A DNA stretch of 64,000 nucleotides from Candidatus Eiseniibacteriota bacterium. GTDB taxonomy: Bacteria; Eisenbacteria; RBG-16-71-46. The stretch's first letter is position 1, and each line of letters opens with the position of its first letter. The position numbers were made by a program, and so were the translations under genes. The notes beneath the pieces are model-generated. The model was not told the DNA's origin and made no database searches. It saw only the letters and a list, made by a program, of their open reading frames with translations. The stretch spans positions 1 through 64,000 of the forward strand of contig JBGPFC010000020.1 in assembly GCA_041483195.1 (NCBI GenBank), written 5' to 3'. This document shows, piece after piece, positions 59,764-64,000 of this stretch.

Positions 59764-60651
59764 TCAGCCTGCCGCGCGCTCCTCGTCGCACAGCACCCGC
59801 AGCACCTCGCTCATGGTGATCACGTCGAGCAGGTTGTGGTGGAAGACCGGGATCAACCGGTAGGGATCGCCGTTTCGCACGAAGTCGTGATAGAGGCCGG
59901 GAACCTCTTCCGATGGCACGTCGCCCGAGCGGCGGCGGCGGCAGACGTGATATTCGAGCGTCTGCAGCCTGCAATCGACGAGCTTCCCCTTCCACCGCCG
60001 GCGCGCGATGTGAAGCAGATCCACGTGGCGCGGCGGCATGGTGACCCGTACGCCGTGCACCACCGCGCGGCCCTGAAGAAACGGCACGTCGTAGGACTTG
60101 CCGTTGAACGTCACGAGAAACTCGAAGCCGCGCGCGCACTCCGCGAGCGCGCGCAGCAGCGCCGCCTCTTCGCCGTAGTGGCGGGCGAAGAACTGCCTCA
60201 GCACGAAGTCCTCGCCGTTCCAGTGCATGGTGCCGGCCAGGAACACCGGGCTCGATGCGAGCCCGCCGGTCTCGAGATCGAGGAACAGCACGCGCTCGAG
60301 CCCGCCCGCCGCGAGCGCCGCCAGCTCGGGCTCGCTCGCCGTGGCGGGGCCGAGCCGCCCCCAGTGCGGGCGGCGCTTCTCGATCTCGGAGCGCAGCCGC
60401 TCGTGCACGTACACCACGCCGTGCGCATCGCGCCATTCGCCGCCCGGGAGAAACTCCTCGACGCCGGCCGGGGCGGGGGTGGCCGTGCGCGCCGAGCCTG
60501 CCGCCCCCGCGCGTGCCGCGCCCTTCGAGCGGGCTCGCTTGCGCGGCGGGGCCGCGGCGTTCGGGACGCCGGCCCCGAGTTTCGCGACGCCCGCGCGGCG
60601 CCCGCGCGCCAGCTCGCCGAGGCGCGCCCGCAGCGTCTCGTCAGCCGCCAT
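59764..60651 (-). CDS. RNase H-like (YprB/MrfB-type) exonuclease
   Basis: LFLDLETGGL, VTFNGKSYDVPFL, HVDLLH, LQTLE, HNLLDV; downstream of a DUF1998 helicase. Confidence 0.85.
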   Translation of the reverse strand: MAADETLRARLGELARGRRAGVAKLGAGVPNAAAPPRKRARSKGAARAGAAGSARTATPAPAGVEEFLPGGEWRDAHGVVYVHERLRSEIEKRRPHWGRLGPATASEPELAALAAGGLERVLFLDLETGGLASSPVFLAGTMHWNGEDFVLRQFFARHYGEEAALLRALAECARGFEFLVTFNGKSYDVPFLQGRAVVHGVRVTMPPRHVDLLHIARRRWKGKLVDCRLQTLEYHVCRRRRSGDVPSEEVPGLYHDFVRNGDPYRLIPVFHHNLLDVITMSEVLRVLCDEERAAG

Positions 60652-61420
60652 GCGCCCCCGCCGCCGCGCCCATGTCGGCGAGCAGGATCAGCCGGCGGCT
60701 CTCGGTGGAGTACTCGCTCCGATCGGCGCCGCCCCATGCCTCGCGCACCGTGAGCCCGTTGCGGCGCAGCAGCGCCGTCAGCTCGGCGCAGGTGTACGCG
60801 CGCAGGTCGTATTCCTTCGCGACCCGCGCGCCGCCCGCCGGCTCGATCAGCGTCTGGCGGGTGATGACGCGCGAGCGGTTGAGGTCGATCGTGATCTCCT
60901 CCATGAGCAGCGCGCCGTCGGCGCGCTGGTTCCAGGTGCGCTGCTGCGGGTGGGTGAGCAGCCAGTCGCGATTCACCATGTCGAGCAGCAGCTTCCCTCC
61001 CGGCCTGAGCGCGCGCGCGATGCGGCCCAGCACGGCCTCGTTCTCCTCGTCGGAGTAGTACCCGAACGACGTGAAGTACGAGTACACGCCGTCGAAGCGC
61101 CGCTCGAAGTCGAGGGCGCGCATGTCGAACGCCGCCCATTCGATCTCGACTCCCGCGCGCTTCGCATCGGCCGCCGCGAGCTCGAGGTAGCGCGGGTTGA
61201 AGTCGGCGCCGGTCACGCGGTAGCCGCGCTTCGCCATCTGGATCGCGTGGCGGCCGCTGCCGCACGCCAGGTCGAGCACGTGCGAGCCGGCGGGCAGCGC
61301 GAGCGCGCCGGCGATGAAGTCCACCTCGGCGGCCGTGCGCTCCGGCGTGAACTGCGGCAGGTAGATCTTCAGGTATTCGTCGTCGAAGAAGGCGACCGGC
61401 CAGTCGGCGTGCGTCTTCAT
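60641..61420 (-). CDS. Class I SAM-dependent methyltransferase
   Basis: VLDLACGSGRH, DMR, FTSFGY, LRPGG; overlaps both neighbours. Confidence 0.9.
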   Translation of the reverse strand: MKTHADWPVAFFDDEYLKIYLPQFTPERTAAEVDFIAGALALPAGSHVLDLACGSGRHAIQMAKRGYRVTGADFNPRYLELAAADAKRAGVEIEWAAFDMRALDFERRFDGVYSYFTSFGYYSDEENEAVLGRIARALRPGGKLLLDMVNRDWLLTHPQQRTWNQRADGALLMEEITIDLNRSRVITRQTLIEPAGGARVAKEYDLRAYTCAELTALLRRNGLTVREAWGGADRSEYSTESRRLILLADMGAAAGAHGG

Positions 61421-63798
61421 GCGTGGGTTCCTCCGAGCCAGTGACGGAGCAGTGCGCGCGCGGCGTCCTTGCCGGGAATCGCGCGCGCGCGGCCCAGATC
61501 GGGATCCTGCTGCTGCGCGGGCCTCAGGATGGGAAGCCCCACGCACGAAGGGCAGCCGGTCGCGCACTCGCACGCCTCGAGGTGCTCGAGCGAGCGGCGC
61601 GCCAGCTCCTCGAGCCGCGTGAATCCCTGCTCCGCGAAGCCGAGCCCGCCGGGATAGCGGTCGAACACGAACAACGCGGGTCGCCCCAGGTTGGACGAGT
61701 CGATCATGCCGCCCAGGTCGGCGGGATCGCACATGCTGAGCATGGAGAGCAGCGTGAGGAACAGGTTGCGCGCGCCCGACAGCCCCTCGATCGGGTTGAG
61801 GCCGGCGCGCGCGACCGCGCTCCACGCGGCCTCGCTGGGCGCGAACCAGAACCCGACGGTCTCGAGCGTGAGCTTCGGCAGCGCGAGCGGGTGGTAGCCG
61901 ATCGCATCGAGCGAGTGGAATCGGATTTTCTTCATCGCGACCGTCTGCCAGGCGTACGTGACCTCGCCGAGCGACAGGCGCTCGCCACGCCATTCCCGGC
62001 TCTGCAGCTCGCCGCGCACCCGGATCTGGGTCTCGAGCACCGGCTGCGTGTAGTAGTCCACCTCGCGCGGCTCGACGTACGCGACCTTCTGCTCGAGGTC
62101 GAGCTCGCGCACGAAGCAGGTCTGGCCCTCGTGCAGGTAGATCGCCTCGGGATACACGAGCTCGAGGGCGCTGATCGCGTCCACGTTGCCCATCACCGCG
62201 TTGGAGCGGGTGGCGTCCATGATGGTGTAGGTGTCGTCGGAGATGGTGCGCAGGCTCACCCGCTGCGCCGGGAACTCGGTCTTCGCCCAGTAGGCGCGGC
62301 CGTCGATGACCTTCGCCTCTCCCGCCTCTTCCAGCGCGGCCAGGATCGCCGGCGTCTGCGGCCCGAACGCCGCCTCGTCGCCGGGTCCGAGCGGCAGCTC
62401 GTACGCCGCGCACGCGAGCTGCGACGCGAGGATGTAGGGATTGTGCGGGTCGATGCACGCCGCCTCCGGCGAGCGCCCGAAGAAGTAGTCCGGGTGCCGC
62501 ATCAGGAACTGGTCGACGGTGTCGTTGTACGCGACCAGCACCGCGATCGCCGGCTCGCCCTTGCGCCCCGCGCGACCCGCCTGCTGCCAGGCGCTCGCGA
62601 GCGTTGGCGGCGCGCCGATCATCACCACCGCGTCCAGCCCGCCGATGTCGACGCCCAGCTCGAGCGCGTTGGTGCTCACCACGCCACGCAGCTCGCCAGA
62701 GAACAAAGCGCGCTCGATCGCGCGCCGCTCTTCGGGCAGATAGCCGCCGCGGTAGGGCTTGATGCGCTGATCGAGGCGGGGCTCGACCCGCGCCAGCCGC
62801 TCGCGCGCGTAGCGATACACCAGCTCCGCCGCGACCCGCGACTTGGTGAATGCGAGCGTCTGCGCTCCGGATTCGACCAGCCCGGTGAAGAGCGTGCAGC
62901 CCTCGACATTCGACGAGCGCCGCTCGACCCGCGTCTCGTCTGCGTAGGGCGGGTTCCAGAACACGAAGTGCTTCTCGCCGCGCGGCGAGCCGTCGTCGTC
63001 CACCACCCGCACCTCGCGCCCGGTGAGACCGGCCGCCAGCTCGCCCGGGTTGCGGATGGTCGCGCTGCACAGCACGACGCGGAACTCGCCGCCGTGATGG
63101 CGCACGATGCGGTCGAGACGGCGCAGCACGTTCGCGACGTGCGACCCGAAGATGCCGCGGTACGCGTGCATCTCGTCTATCACGACGTGCCGCAGCGCGC
63201 GCAGGAAGCGCCCCCACTTCGCGTGCGCGGGCAGGATGCCCTGATGCAGCATGTCGGGATTGGAGAGGATGACGTTGCCTTCGTCCCGAACGCGGCGGCG
63301 GGTGGTCGCCTGCGTGTCGCCGTCGTACACGCCGGCGCGCAACACCTTGAGCAGATCGGGGTGCCCGGTCGCGAGCCGGGTCAGCCCCTTGAGCTGATCC
63401 TGCGCGAGCGCCTTGGTCGGGTAGAGGTAGAGCGCGGTGGCGCCGGGATCGGTCAGCAATCGCTCGAGCACCGGCAGGTGATAGCAGAGACTCTTGCCGC
63501 TCGCGGTGCCCGTGACCACCACGGTGTCGAGCCCGCCGCGCAGCGCCTCGATCGCCTGCACCTGATGCGTGTAGAGGCGCTCGATGCCCTGCGCGCCGAG
63601 CGCGTCGGCGAGCGGCGCCGGCAGCGCGAGCGCGAGCTCGCCGAAGCGCGCGGGCCGCGGCGGCAGCGTCTCCCAGTGACAAAGCGCGCCGCGGTTCTCC
63701 GGCCTCCGCGCGAGCGCAGAGAGCCAGCCGGCGACGCCGGTTTCGGTCTCGTCGGAGACGCGATCTCCCTCGAGGAAACGCGCAGGTCTGGCTTGCAT
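61417..63798 (-). CDS. DEAD/DEAH-box helicase with DUF1998 zinc domain (MrfA/YprA/Hrq1-like)
   Basis: TASGKS, PTKALAQDQ, DEMH, SAT, STNALELGVDIG, QQAGRAGR, C-terminal FDRYPGGLG...CECATGCPSC. Confidence 0.92.
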   Translation of the reverse strand: MQARPARFLEGDRVSDETETGVAGWLSALARRPENRGALCHWETLPPRPARFGELALALPAPLADALGAQGIERLYTHQVQAIEALRGGLDTVVVTGTASGKSLCYHLPVLERLLTDPGATALYLYPTKALAQDQLKGLTRLATGHPDLLKVLRAGVYDGDTQATTRRRVRDEGNVILSNPDMLHQGILPAHAKWGRFLRALRHVVIDEMHAYRGIFGSHVANVLRRLDRIVRHHGGEFRVVLCSATIRNPGELAAGLTGREVRVVDDDGSPRGEKHFVFWNPPYADETRVERRSSNVEGCTLFTGLVESGAQTLAFTKSRVAAELVYRYARERLARVEPRLDQRIKPYRGGYLPEERRAIERALFSGELRGVVSTNALELGVDIGGLDAVVMIGAPPTLASAWQQAGRAGRKGEPAIAVLVAYNDTVDQFLMRHPDYFFGRSPEAACIDPHNPYILASQLACAAYELPLGPGDEAAFGPQTPAILAALEEAGEAKVIDGRAYWAKTEFPAQRVSLRTISDDTYTIMDATRSNAVMGNVDAISALELVYPEAIYLHEGQTCFVRELDLEQKVAYVEPREVDYYTQPVLETQIRVRGELQSREWRGERLSLGEVTYAWQTVAMKKIRFHSLDAIGYHPLALPKLTLETVGFWFAPSEAAWSAVARAGLNPIEGLSGARNLFLTLLSMLSMCDPADLGGMIDSSNLGRPALFVFDRYPGGLGFAEQGFTRLEELARRSLEHLEACECATGCPSCVGLPILRPAQQQDPDLGRARAIPGKDAARALLRHWLGGTHA

Positions 63799-64000
63799 GG
63801 AGTGAACCCCGGGAGCGCGCGCACGGCGCTCCGTGAAATCTCGGCGGGAGCGCTCGGGACGCTCGCGAATGTGGCGTGGCTCGACGCTGCGAGCTCGGCG
63901 GAGTATAGCGGGGGGTGAGGCTGCACGAAAGGCATTGTGTCTGGTGCTCGAGGGCGGGGCGCCGGGCGGGCGCGGGGGGTCCCCTGCCTCATAGAGGTAA

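Noticed and set aside
61417..63798. DISARM or Druantia defence system
   Set aside because: DUF1998 is fused to an Hrq1/MrfA-type helicase beside a YprB-like nuclease; the methyltransferase lacks DNA-MTase catalytic motifs and no drm/dru partners are visible (genes beyond the right edge are unseen).

Overview
High-GC bacterial chromosomal segment, about 70% GC by eye. Secreted proteins with FlgD/T9SS-like C-terminal domains and WGxxKARYR tails suggest an FCB-related candidate phylum such as Eisenbacteria (inference). Most of the window is housekeeping and metabolism: aspC-pckA-cmk-like operon; a divergent arginine-synthetase-like (ArcE)-rocD-argF operon; carAB back-to-back with an sxtK/J/I-like carbamoyltransferase triad; folP-cdaA; tRNA(CAU)-tilS-hpt-ftsH; a fatty-acid uptake and beta-oxidation cluster; and an MrfA-methyltransferase-MrfB repair operon. 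Notable items: (1) a ~145-nt promoter-to-terminator non-coding unit with a Y-RNA-like fold upstream of a zinc-ribbon/cold-shock gene; (2) a methyltransferase gene between 245-bp direct repeats of host sequence, with no transposase; (3) a 448-aa LAGLIDADG intein in FtsH flanked by AT-rich synonymous codon patches; (4) a FadL + catalytically dead SGNH lipoprotein + exported TPR protein module; (5) a lower-GC islet with two HEPN-type genes (AbiV, DUF4145), an integrase relic and two exported proteins sharing a WGxxKARYR tail. No CRISPR array, rRNA or intact transposase was seen. All calls come from motif recognition by eye; no database searches were run.
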